DNA of 62,789 nucleotides, the filler included, from Folioceros fuciformis (Eukaryota), in NCBI GenBank assembly GCA_049999805.1. It is 5 parts of 4 records of this genome, joined end to end, with 100 filler letters (N's around TTAATTAATTAA, not from the genome) between each part and the next. Parts side by side here need not be neighbours in the genome. Positions count along the whole stretch, not along the records: positions 1 to 28,555 come from JBNGIO010006246.1; 4 more parts are not named here. The stretch is one strand, 5' to 3'. Positions 13,417 to 23,506 of the stretch are shown piece after piece. The translations under genes were made by a program, and so were the position numbers. Position 1 is the first letter of the stretch. Every line of letters begins with the position of its first letter. The notes beneath the pieces were generated by a model. The model had not been told where the DNA came from. It ran no database searches and saw only the letters and a program-made list of their open reading frames with translations.

Positions 13417-13424
13417 CCCCCCCC
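13417..13424 (-). promoter_or_regulatory. Polypurine tract (G-run) of the Gypsy element
   Basis: C-run on the + strand (G8 in element sense) lies ~40 nt after the integrase/PHD stop and abuts segment B1. Confidence 0.75.
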
Positions 13425-13465
13425 AGCTGATGGATGGGCTGAAAGCATGAAGAGCACGACAAGAG

Positions 13466-14760
13466 CTACACTCCTGGGCTGGTCACACCTGCTGCGTCCG
13501 GTTGGCACTTGGGACAATACCAAAGTTGCTCTGGTACATGGGTAAGTGGTGGCTGTAAGAGGAAAAGGTGGAAACCCCCATTGCAGCCATCACAAAGTAA
13601 CATGAGGTCAGCATCATCTGTGCGTTGACAAACCTGACAAGGGTAGTCTGCTGGTGGAATCCAATCTGTTGTGACAATAGAAGGATCAAGATTGGGCAAG
13701 TGGCAAGGTGCGCAATTCTTGGTGTGGTCAGTGGTGATCCGACCATCTGAGCCTTGCAATACCAGGATGCCATTAGGCTTGACCTCCTGAATCCGTAACA
13801 CATGCCGACTACTAGAAGTGTCCAGGGTATCTGAGGTCTGCCTCTGGAGGTAAACAAAGTCTCCTACCTGGAACTTCCTGAGCTTGGGCCTAAAATTGCC
13901 TCCCCTAGTGTGTGCATAACGAAGGGTATCCCTATGCTGGGCAATGTGCAAGTTAGCCATTGCCATGGGCATGGCCTGTTTGAACAAGGCTGCCCTGTTC
14001 CCTATCACACGTGCCCATGTAGCTGCATCATCCAGCTTGACAACTTCTAGCATTTGTTTAGCTATAGAACTAAGTGGAATTGGTTCTCTGCCAAACAAGA
14101 GGAAGTAAGGGGAAAAATGGGCAAGGGCAGCATGCTTGCTCATGCGGTAGCCCATTGCAATATATGGAAGCATGAGATCCCAATCTGTTTTGGGTTGTCG
14201 GAGACACAGCTTGCGAAGCCCCTTCTTCATAGTCTGGACCATGTGCTCGGCTAAGCCATCAGCCTACGGGTGGTCCCGGCTAGTTCTCCTGTGGTCAATA
14301 AGGGCTGCATCCATTAGATCCTGGAATTCTCCTCGAAACTCAGAACCATGATCTGTGTGTGAGACACTCTGCGCAGCCACCAAACCTACTAAGCACACAT
14401 TGTAGGAAGGCTTGTGAGGTACTCCTAGAGGTCTTGTCTGGCAGGGCCACTACCTCCACCCACTTGCTGAAGTATTCCATCATGATCATCGCATACAGGT
14501 TGCCTCGTGGAGACTACGGGAGCTCACCCATCAGGTCACATGACCATCTGAAGAATAAACCCATGATGGGCAAAGGGTGCAACTCTAGGTGCTGCATGGT
14601 GAAGGAAGCCTTGACACGGTCGCATTGCTCGCAACAGGCTACTCGTTCCTTCACTTGTTCATCCATTCGATTCCAGTAGAAATAGGGAGTCAACAGGTTG
14701 TAGGTGCGTTTGACCCCAAAATGACCCATGTCATCATGCACCCTACTGATGAGGGCAGCA
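13466..14760 (-). pseudogene. Gypsy integrase (HHCC zinc finger, DDE core) with C-terminal PHD finger (13505-13639); stops and a frameshift
   Basis: HDDMGHFG...CCEQC; WSCDLMGELP, EYFSKWVEV, TDHGSEF, DGLAEHMVQTMKKGL, SPYFLLFGR; CQVCQRTDDADLMLLCDGCNGGFHLFLLQPPLTHVPEQLWYCPKC. Confidence 0.9.
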
Positions 14761-15079
14761 CGATCTGCTGGTGGGGGTACCAATCGCTCCACTCTTTGAG
14801 CCTGTTGATGGATGAGGTGTCTGTCCCGCCAACAATACTTGATAGCCCGTTGGTGAACTCGTTCCCTTGTGGCCGCAGTCCAAGTGGGGTCCTCTCTACC
14901 TGTCTGCACATACTGAAGGGTAGCTGGATCCTCCCAAATATCCTTGGAGGATTGCTGAGCTGCACCTAAAGGCACCTGTCCCAAGCAAGTCATGGCCACC
15001 AAAGCCGATACTGCAAGCATTGTGCTGTACTCTTCATCTTGGCGAGCTCCGTTAGTATCCACACAACTACTGTCAGGAT

Positions 15080-16480
15080 TTCGTGACAAGGTATCGGCAT
15101 TCTGGTGCTTCACTCCTGGCCGATGTTCAACCTGGAATTCGTAATCTTGAAGGATCATGGCCCAACGTGCGAGCTTGCCACTGAGCTTAGTGTTGGTCAT
15201 CAGCCACTTGAGTAGTTGATGGTCTGTCACTAGTGTGAACTTCTGACCATATAAATATGGTCTGAAGTGGCACACAGCCCACACAGCAGCGAGGCATTCA
15301 CCCTCGTAGCTGCTATAGTTGGCTTCATCTCAATTGTTGCTACGCGAGGCGTAAGCAACCACACGCTCACAACCTGCTTCATCTTGTTGAGCCAGCACAG
15401 CCCCTAGCCCTAGACTACTCCAATCTGTGTGAACTACAAAGGGCTTATTAAAATTGGGTCTAGCCAACATTGGTGCAACTGTCAACTCCAGCTTTAAGGT
15501 GTCAAAAGCTTGTTGTGCCTGCTCTGCCCATGTCCACTCTATATCCTTGCGCAGCAGATCATTAAGAGGCTTGGCAATCCTGCTGAAATTGGGTATGTAT
15601 ACTCGATAGTAATTGCATAACCCTAGAAATGAACGCAGGGCTGATACGGTGGTCGGTTCCTTAACCTGCATAATTGCCTGAACCTTGGCAGCATGTGGGG
15701 TGACACCATTGGGGACACTTCTGTGACCCAAATACGCCACAATGCTCATGCCAAACTCACACTTGGCTGGGTGGCACGTGAGTTGTGCCTTCCGTAATCT
15801 TACAAACATGGTCTTCCAGGTGTACCAAATGATCCTCGAAGTCCATGCTGTGGACTAGCACATCATCAATGTAGCACATGAGATAGCCGGCTCCAGCTAG
15901 TACTATGTCCATGATGCACTGAAAGGTCACTAGCGCATTCTTGAATCCAAAGGGCATCACTAGCCATTCCCATAGCTGTTGAGAACCATGGAAGGCTGTC
16001 TTCTTGATATCTTCAGCTGCCACTGGGACCTGGTTAAACCCTTGTCGTAGGTCCAGCGTGGAGAAGAACATAGACTGTCCAAGATGGTCAAAGATCTCCT
16101 CTGGTGTCGGCATTGGGTACCGATCCTGGGCAGTTACTGCATTGACAGGCCTATAGTCGCCACACATCCTCTTCTCAGTCCACAAACCTTGGCTGTCCTT
16201 TTTGGGTGGCATCACAATGGCTTCAGTGTAGTCACTATTAGAGGTACGTATTAGGTTTGCCTCATACAGTTCCTTGCATCTTGCATCCACCATGTCCCAT
16301 TCCGTCTTGCTCAACCTATACCGTTGCCTGTATACAGGCTCTTGGGTGGTAAAGTTGATGCGAAAGGTTGTGACATTGCACCTCTTGAGCTCATGCATGG
16401 AAAAGGCAAAACAGTCCCTGTACCTAAGCAGCAAGTTACGAATGCGGTCCTGTTGCTTCAGACTGAAATCTGAGCCCATC
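15080..16480 (-). pseudogene. Gypsy reverse transcriptase and RNase H; frameshift near 15810, stop at 15330
   Basis: RMCGDYRPVN, YPMP, LDLRQGFNQV, MPFGFKNA, YIDDVLVHS, KCEFG...YLGH, LRSFLGLCNYYR, HTDWSSLGLGAVL, TDHQLLKWL. Confidence 0.92.
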
Positions 16481-16739
16481 TTCCACGGGAAATTAACAGT
16501 AGACAGCTTGGGTGTAGCTCCTGGATCCTCCTTTTCTAGCCTTGGCTTGATCAGATGCTGAGTAAACAGTACGTGATGCCAATGCTGCGTACTCCACCCC
16601 CGCAGCATCTAGCCAGAAAGGCAGTTGTGTGTATCCTGGGAATGGGAGGTGAACAGCATCTCCAAGGCAGATGCTAGCAAACAAGCCTGGGAGTAGCATG
16701 GGAGTGATATGAGTGTGCAGCTGAAAGGCAAGGCACAAA

Positions 16740-17685
16740 CTCACCAACCATGTGATGGCATGGAGGTCCATGGCTCGTCCTAGAGTGCCCTTGCGCTGCC
16801 GATTGGTGACAGTAGGGGCCGCTGTACTATGGGTTTGAAAACCCATGAGTCACTCTCGCTCCTCAACTGTTGGTTCTTCCCACCGTTGCGTTTCAGTATT
16901 CAATAATAAGCCAGCTCCTTCACCTCTGTAAGCAAATGAACCCGGAAAGCTGACCAGCGTGGGCAACGTCTGCCTTGGCTGACCTGGAATGTTGGTCTTG
17001 AACCAAGGGGCTTTCTCACTGGCCACCACAGGTCGTGGCCTATGGTAGTTCTCCAATACAGTACAAAGTTGCAGCCCTGGATCCCTGCTAGTGTTCCAGA
17101 GAGCCAAGTCCAACACGGAGACAGGGACCAAATTGGTCCAGTAGTTACAAAGCCTGTGGGCATAGCTACCCACCTGCACAGCATCCATGAGGAATGGTGG
17201 CCCTGCAAAATGTCGCACAATGGCCATATCCTGCTGCACCTATGGCCGGGTATCAAATTGGGCTGGTGTGTTCTCGAGCAGGTATGCACATTGAGGGTTA
17301 CTATCTTGTGCCCATGCCAAGATTTGTTGGAGATCTCTAAACAAACCAGAACGTGGATCTATCAACCCTGCACCTACCCCAGCTTGAGAGAATCCTTGGC
17401 ATTCCCAGCCAGCTATGACCATGTCGAAGGGGCCCAAGGCTTGGATGTGGCCCTGCTGTATATACTGGACGTCCTGAGGTAAGGACGTGAATGTATTAGC
17501 AAGAGCCTCAACTGACAGTTGCTGTGGGAAACGATGTTGTAGACCCTGCAGCCGAAATGCAGCAATTTGCCTGGCAACGGGGTCTTTGTCACAGTAAAGG
17601 TACCTTTGAATGCTCAAACCTGTCAAGAGCAAAGCTTCTAACCCGGTACAAATACCACCAAATAGTTCAACAACTGTAAGGGCTA
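16740..17685 (-). pseudogene. DNMT3-like C5 cytosine DNA methyltransferase domain inside the Gypsy polyprotein (two in-frame stops)
   Basis: Motif I VVELFGGICTGLEAL, motif IV HIQALGPFDMVIAGWECQGFS, motif VI YLLENT, motif VIII region PFLMDAVQVGSYAHRLCNYWTNL, motifs IX-X EERE*LMGFQTHST...RKGTLGRAMDL. All in the same frame as gag and protease. Confidence 0.9.
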
Positions 17686-18049
17686 GCGCAGCCGGTGCCC
17701 ATATGATGACAGTATTGTCCACATAAGATGTGGGACAAGATGATAGAGTCCCGGCTTCCAACAATTGTTGCACCTTGCTGACCTGCTCTTGTGCCTTGGT
17801 CAGCAATGCCTCTGCCTGCTCTGGACAGTCAGGCTGAACTAGAGCTTGCTGCAAACTAGTACACCTCACTTGAGCCTCTGCAACATTGGTCTCTAGATGC
17901 TTGTCCACTTGGTATGTGTCTTGGACAAGCTCCACCACATTGCTACTTTTGATACCAACTACAGCTGGGCTTTTCACCAAAGTGGCTACATCAACCTCCA
18001 CCCAGCCATGCAAATCTAATGGCAGATGTGCAATGCGACGACCTCCTTG

Positions 18050-18420
18050 CTTCCAGTCAGGCCTATAGAAGGCTTGCTCAGTCCAGTTATCCACACCAAC
18101 TCCTGGTGGAAAGAGGAACTCTTGCCCCAACAGCAAATCATAGTTGGTGGCTGTGGTTACCACGTAGGGCAAGGACAATGTCATGGCATCTGGCGTGCCC
18201 GAGTTCAAGGTGATGTCCAGGGGTTGGACTGTCTCACCACAGACTGGTTCAACAGCCCCGGATGCCGTCCTGATGTTCCAGGGCGAGGTATGCAGTGCAT
18301 CACCCTGAAGATGCAACCTTGCAGCTAGAATCTTCCCAAGGAGTACTGGTTGGGCTCCCGTGTCTAGCAACACCACTCTGGGTGCATACCCATTGATTGT
18401 GACGTGCCCACAACGATTGT
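18050..18420 (-). pseudogene. Retroviral-type aspartic protease of the Gypsy element
   Basis: VTING...VLLDTGAQPVLL active-site motif and downstream YDLLLGQEFL. Confidence 0.85.
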
Positions 18421-18640
18421 CAACAACTGCATTGCTGACACGAGCCTGTAGTCGATTGGTGGACTGCACTCGCGGTTGGCTGTCAACTCTCTCAGCTAGT
18501 TGTACAGTGTAAGAGCCATTGCAGTGACTCGGTGCAGTCTGCCCACCTGTAGAGTGTGACATCGCTGTTGGCAGCACCCATTGTGAAGTGTATGCTTTAC
18601 CCAGGCTAGGGTCAGCAGATGCAGCCGTGGCTTCTGCAGT

Positions 18641-20725
18641 TTAAAGAACTTCCTTCAGCCTGCTGGTCGTGATGCCCATGTCCTGCAGTGTGAAAACTGG
18701 CACCTGAGTTAGCTTGGCAGCCAGTTGTGTGATTGTGGTGGTTTGAGGTAAGAGATACACATGCTTTGGTGTTGGTATGCTATGGCCAGGTGTTCTACTC
18801 GTGGGCAGTTGTTCCACACGCAGCGTTGAGTGCTCCTGGCCTCGTTCCGGAATTGCAGACCCCGGTGGCAGTGGGGCAAAGGACTTTGGCATGGTAGCCC
18901 TGGCCCCTCGATTCTTGGTGAGAGGCCCTAAGGCAGTTGTTGTTGTTCCCATGACCACCTGTAAATTCTGCCCCACCCATGTGGCTGGCAACTCCACCTC
19001 CATGCTGCTCTCACCAATTCTGTCAACCATACATACTTGGTGTGCTGGGCCATAATCCTCATCCTCTTGTCCTGGTACCAACTTCACCGCATTGGCTGGT
19101 TTGGAAGAGCCAGTGATGCTGGATAGGTTGGCTGTCAAGACTCCAAGTTGAGCTGTCATGACAGCCATGGAAGCCTCAAGGGAGCTGACCTTGTCAGCAG
19201 TGGCGGCTGCCTTAACCTTGGCCTTGTCACGCTGCTGTTTACTGCGGGACAACCCAACAGCGCTCCTCATTCCTCCTGCTTCCACACTGGCAATTGTGGC
19301 TCCTGCAGACCCTACGGTACCAATCTTCTGGTATCTTCGTTCGGGGTGCTTTTGGAAGCACACAGTAACCACGTGTCCATTCTTCTGGCAATGGGTGCAG
19401 TAGAGTCCCTCCGGAGGACACTTGCATGCAGGGGACATGTGCTCAGGGCTGCCACAATGGTTACACATGGCTACCACTGCTGCCGCTGGAGTTGCTGCTG
19501 AAGCTACCTTAACTGGCTTAGTCTGACCAGCCTTGGCTCCTACACCTGTGTTAGCTGCCCCCTTGCTAGAGAACATGGACTGGTAGTGCGTGAAGGCCTT
19601 GGAATGCCGAGAGGCATAGGCCGAAAAGGCTACCTACTTCTTCTCAACTTCTTCATGCACTTGCTCCAAAGTATACTTGTCCCCATATTTGTCCACCAAG
19701 GATGTAACCAGCTGGAAATGAAACAACGGGTCTCCTTCAAGTGCAGTCAAAAACCTTTGCGCTGCTTCCTGATTTGTTAACATCCTTGTACCTTCCCTCA
19801 ATTTCTGTAGCCTCCTGAAGCACATCTAGACTGTCTCCCCCTTTTTGCGAGCAAAGGCAGCAAGTTCTGCAAATTTCCCTGGGGTCTTCAGTGGGAATGC
19901 CCTCTCCAAAATAGCTAGGAACTCCTCCACTGGGTTCAGGTACTTGCAGGTGTGTAGAAACTCTTGCACACCAGCTGTGGCAGTAGCCCGCTCTGCTAAT
20001 GTCAAATTCACCACCGTTGGAGGTGGTGTGGTGGCGGAGATGGTCTTGGCTACAATCTCCACCTGATGGTCGTTAATGGCTGCTGCCAGTTTGGCATTAT
20101 ATGCCAACTGTAGAGCCGAGTGATGGGCTGGGTTAGGAGTGGCAATTGTGCCCAACAGCTTAGCCTGGTGAGCCTCGTACAAATCCAATGCCTCATCTGC
20201 TAAGTAGCTGGACAACTGTTCAAACATGTACTGGTGGTTGTAGGCAGCACCATGTTTGAACTTCACCCTGCTGATGACTGCATTGATGAACAAGCGAAAG
20301 TCCCTTAAGGATTGGGTGCTTGGTCTGCCTGAGAAATTCTCAGGCCTAAGCCTTGATGAACCACCCTCCATGGTGTCTGACCCTTTAGACAGGTCACCCT
20401 GGCCTTGCCCTACACCAAGGACAGACCCAGCAAACCCCAGATGTGTTTGCTGTGACCTCACAAATGACTGTTGTGAATAGAGAGACCCTTGTTGTTCAGG
20501 TTCCTCGTGACAAACTAGCTGACCCCCTAAATTTGAGCTAGTTGGCACAACAATCTTGCCCAAGTCTAAGAGGGGTGACCAGCTGGGTTGCCCAACAAAT
20601 GTTGCTGGTTCCAAGTCCTCTCTCAAGTCTTCTTCACTTGCAAGTTGGCGTCGTCGAGCTACCCATCTTCTCCTCCGCTGTGCACACTCCGGTGATGCCC
20701 TAATAGGAGTGTCTCGACTCCTCAA
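18641..20725 (-). pseudogene. Gypsy gag with two CCHC zinc knuckles; in-frame stops at 19826, 19634 and 18641
   Basis: RPENFSG...YLADEALDLYE capsid-like segment; CNHCGSPEHMSPAC and CTHCQKNGHVVTVC. ORF pieces starting at 20725, 19825, 19576 and 18577 share one frame. Confidence 0.8.
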
Positions 20726-21842
20726 TCGGTAACGTAGGCTCGCCTCTTGCTAATTTGGTTGCATACCCCATGCACCCCTGTTACACCTACAGCTGGTGCT
20801 TGGCAAAAACAGTGAGGTGCTGTGTTGCAAATAACAGCACCGGGCCTGGGGAAGTGACTCTCGCTGGGACGCCACACACTGCTTCAGCCGTACCCACAAT
20901 ACCTTCAGGCTTCTACTGGCTGTTGCTGGCCCCCAAATCAAACCCCTGTTCTCAAAGGCAAAATGAGCCCCTAAACATGTGGTTCCAACAAACCACGCGT
21001 GCCTCTCGACAAATGTCACCAAGAAATGAGGGTTAGCTCCTCCCAAATATCTGATGGTGGCCTCCCTTCGTGCCGCGTTTGGTCGCAACTTATAGCTGCC
21101 CCCCACAGTCTGAATGAGTGTGAGCAAAGCTCAGCTACTCCCTATCCAGATAATCCTAGTTTGGGAAAATCCTACCCCTGGAAAATCTCAATTTCCTAGG
21201 CTTGCTGGGCAGATGTAGCTGTGAAAGAAAGCAAAGAAACACAACTTTCTTGGAGTCATGAGGGGACAAGAAATCTACCCCTCCCCAAAGCATCCATGAT
21301 CAACCATGTCCCTCTTTCTGCAGTGATCAAAATGTTCGCCTCTTCAAGACAAATCTGTTGGTATATAGATTCTAAGGCAGACAAGCGGAATTGCGGCCGT
21401 TGTGTCCTCCTTAAGTTTGGCGTCCACACCCTCAAACCCCAAACCCGAGGCTTAAGTGCGTGAAATGCTGAGCGACTTGCTGGGGCTGCCTCGATGTGGT
21501 CTCTTAGCGGTGCCTTAGCTGCCAGCTCTCCTAAGCCCTGTCTATAGAGCCTTGGATCAACATGTAGTTGCTGCGAGTAGAAAGGTAGTTGCTACAACAC
21601 TGAGCATGCACATTCCAGACTCACGGCTGCTACAAAGGAAGAGAGGGATTCTCCAAGGCTGCTGCCTGAATGCACATGTCTGGCGCGCCCCTAGAGTCCC
21701 TACAAACCCTAAATCCCTAGCAATGCAAAGGGAAAATGACAGACTTCACACAAACGGGTCTGGATGGGTGCTCCACAAATGCTGCCTTGCTGTAGCTGCT
21801 TGGCTGCGCTCTAAGAGGTCCTCGCCCGTGCCCTCATTGCCT

Positions 21843-21863
21843 GAAAAAGGCAGTTGTCGAAGT
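21843..21863 (-). promoter_or_regulatory. Putative self-priming primer-binding site
   Basis: Directly abuts the inner end of the 5' repeat; exact 21-nt reverse complement of 22083-22103; lacks the TGG start of a tRNA PBS. Confidence 0.7.
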
Positions 21864-22333
21864 AAGATGTTAGGCTGCTCACATGCGTCATAGCTCACTC
21901 CGTGTCGTAAAGCTGCGAAAAGGGGACTGCCCTCGTCGGGCTGCCCAGAGTTGGTAAGTCACTAGCGGGATGCCACCATCTTCCTTACACCCTCAATCTG
22001 CACCAAATAGCTCTTCCTTTCATAGACGGCTAGTGAACAACAAAAAAAGGTTTAGGTCTTCCGGTGGTTCCTCTCATGAGCGACTTCGACAACTGCCTTT
22101 TTCCTCGCCGTGTTCGGTTTCTTTGTTTGGTGCCCCTCCAAGCCGTTTCCCATGGGCTGTATGAGCCCACGTGCTTCTAGTGGGCAAGTAGCCATGGCTA
22201 GTATTTTAGCTATTTACGTAATTTAGGTTGAGTTAGTTTAATCACCTATTATCTAATCAACTGAATTCCACTAAACTATCACGTTCACCATGACGCTCTA
22301 CTTTAAGTCCATTTTTGCCACAATTTCACGACA
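21864..22333 (-). repeat. LTR segment A1 (470 bp), 5' end of element
   Basis: Direct repeat of 12834-13303; begins TGTCGTG in element sense. Confidence 0.9.
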
Positions 22334-22465
22334 AGATTCGTCCGGATTGACACGATTGTGAGAGAGGGCTCTCGATTGACACGGCCGTGAGTGAGGGCTC
22401 CCGATTGACACCACTATGAGGGAGGGGTCCTTATTGCCACCGCCATGAGGGCTCCCAATCGACAC
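22334..22465. repeat. Right-hand continuation of the CCCGATTGAC tandem array
   Basis: agattcgtccggattgacac, ctctcgattgacac, ctcccgattgacac: same core as 12402-12722. Confidence 0.75.
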
Positions 22466-22672
22466 TGCGGTTTGGGCAGGTTCTGCATTGGAGAGGCAAA
22501 AACTCAGACGGTTAGGGGTGTGCATGGAGGCGACATATGTGTGCACAACAGACAGCACTGTAAATGCTGAGGGCCGAAGGAAGGATGCTGAACCCACAAG
22601 CCCTAACTCTAACTAAAAAAAGTGAATGAGTGTGAGTGGAGAGAGACGGACCCGAACGTGAGGGATAAAATA

Positions 22673-22718
22673 AGGGCACAAAGTAGATGTCCCTATCGGG
22701 ACACCTACTTTGTGCCCT
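22673..22718. repeat. Inverted repeat / hairpin (21-bp arms, 1 mismatch, 4-nt loop)
   Basis: agggcacaaagtagatgtccc-tatc-gggacacctactttgtgccct. Confidence 0.8.
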
Positions 22719-23506
22719 ACGACCGAAGTAGGCACATCTATTATGTCCAAAATGTTTGGACCATATACCGCCGCCCTAAAGTTTGTGTGAAAGGTACCCT
22801 GACCGTATTAGTATTCCATAGCTAAGTAGAAGGTGAACAGAAACATACTACCTTTACACACAATGCAACACAATAAAAATTATTATTTGTAAGTTAATTA
22901 ATTAATTAGAACAAAGAATGTGTCCCTTTCGGTCCACATACTGGTTAGAGTGAGAGAAAAAAAATCCCTATGCGGTGTATAGAAGTGTGTAGAGAAGTGG
23001 CTAGGTTGAGTATAGGAATATTCTCGAGATGCCACCATATATTCCCATAGAGATGCTACCATGTGTTCCCATAAAAAATACGTAAGAACATAAGTGTAGT
23101 GTAGCCCTTGTCCGAAGTATTCCATACTTAGCTTTATATAATTCTCTTAATTTTTTTTCAACATAAACTAAATGTTTTTCCTCCTTGGTCTCTTCTTACC
23201 AATATCCCTATCCCATTTTTCTTGATTATATGTGGTAAATAAGTTGATATATATTTTGAGTTTGACATATATTATTGTCAAGGTCCCTGAAATTGATTGA
23301 GATTTTCAATAAAAGGAATAAAAGAGGACATGGGAAGAGAAGAATATTACTTAAAGGTGATGAAGGCGGCCAGAACCAAATTCCATCCCGAAAAGCAGCT
23401 ACCACTCTTGAAGGTACGTGAGCGCAGGCCTTGGTTTAGATATGTATTTTGTACAAAATTTTAAAAATAAAATACATAGGAAGATCTCAGGAGAAGGGAG
23501 AAATTG

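Larger units (their letters stand above)
12723..22333 (-). mobile_element. Full-length, decayed Ty3/Gypsy LTR retrotransposon with C5-DNA methyltransferase, PHD-tailed integrase and split/permuted LTRs
   Basis: Ends TGTCGTG (12723) / CACGACA (22333), with AGAT duplicated on both flanks. Domain order gag(2xCCHC)-PR-DNMT-RT-RNaseH-INT-PHD; RT before INT is the Gypsy order. 470-bp direct repeats 12834-13303 / 21864-22333 and 111-bp direct repeats 12723-12833 / 13306-13416. Confidence 0.95.

Noticed and set aside
16740-17685. Bacterial restriction-modification methylase or contaminant
   Set aside because: In frame with gag and protease inside a plant retroelement, DNMT3-like in its motifs, and flanked by intron-containing host genes on the same contig.
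12723-22333. Classification as a DIRS/Ngaro/PAT element because of the split direct repeats
   Set aside because: No tyrosine recombinase. It has a protease, an HHCC/DDE integrase, TG..CA ends and a TSD.
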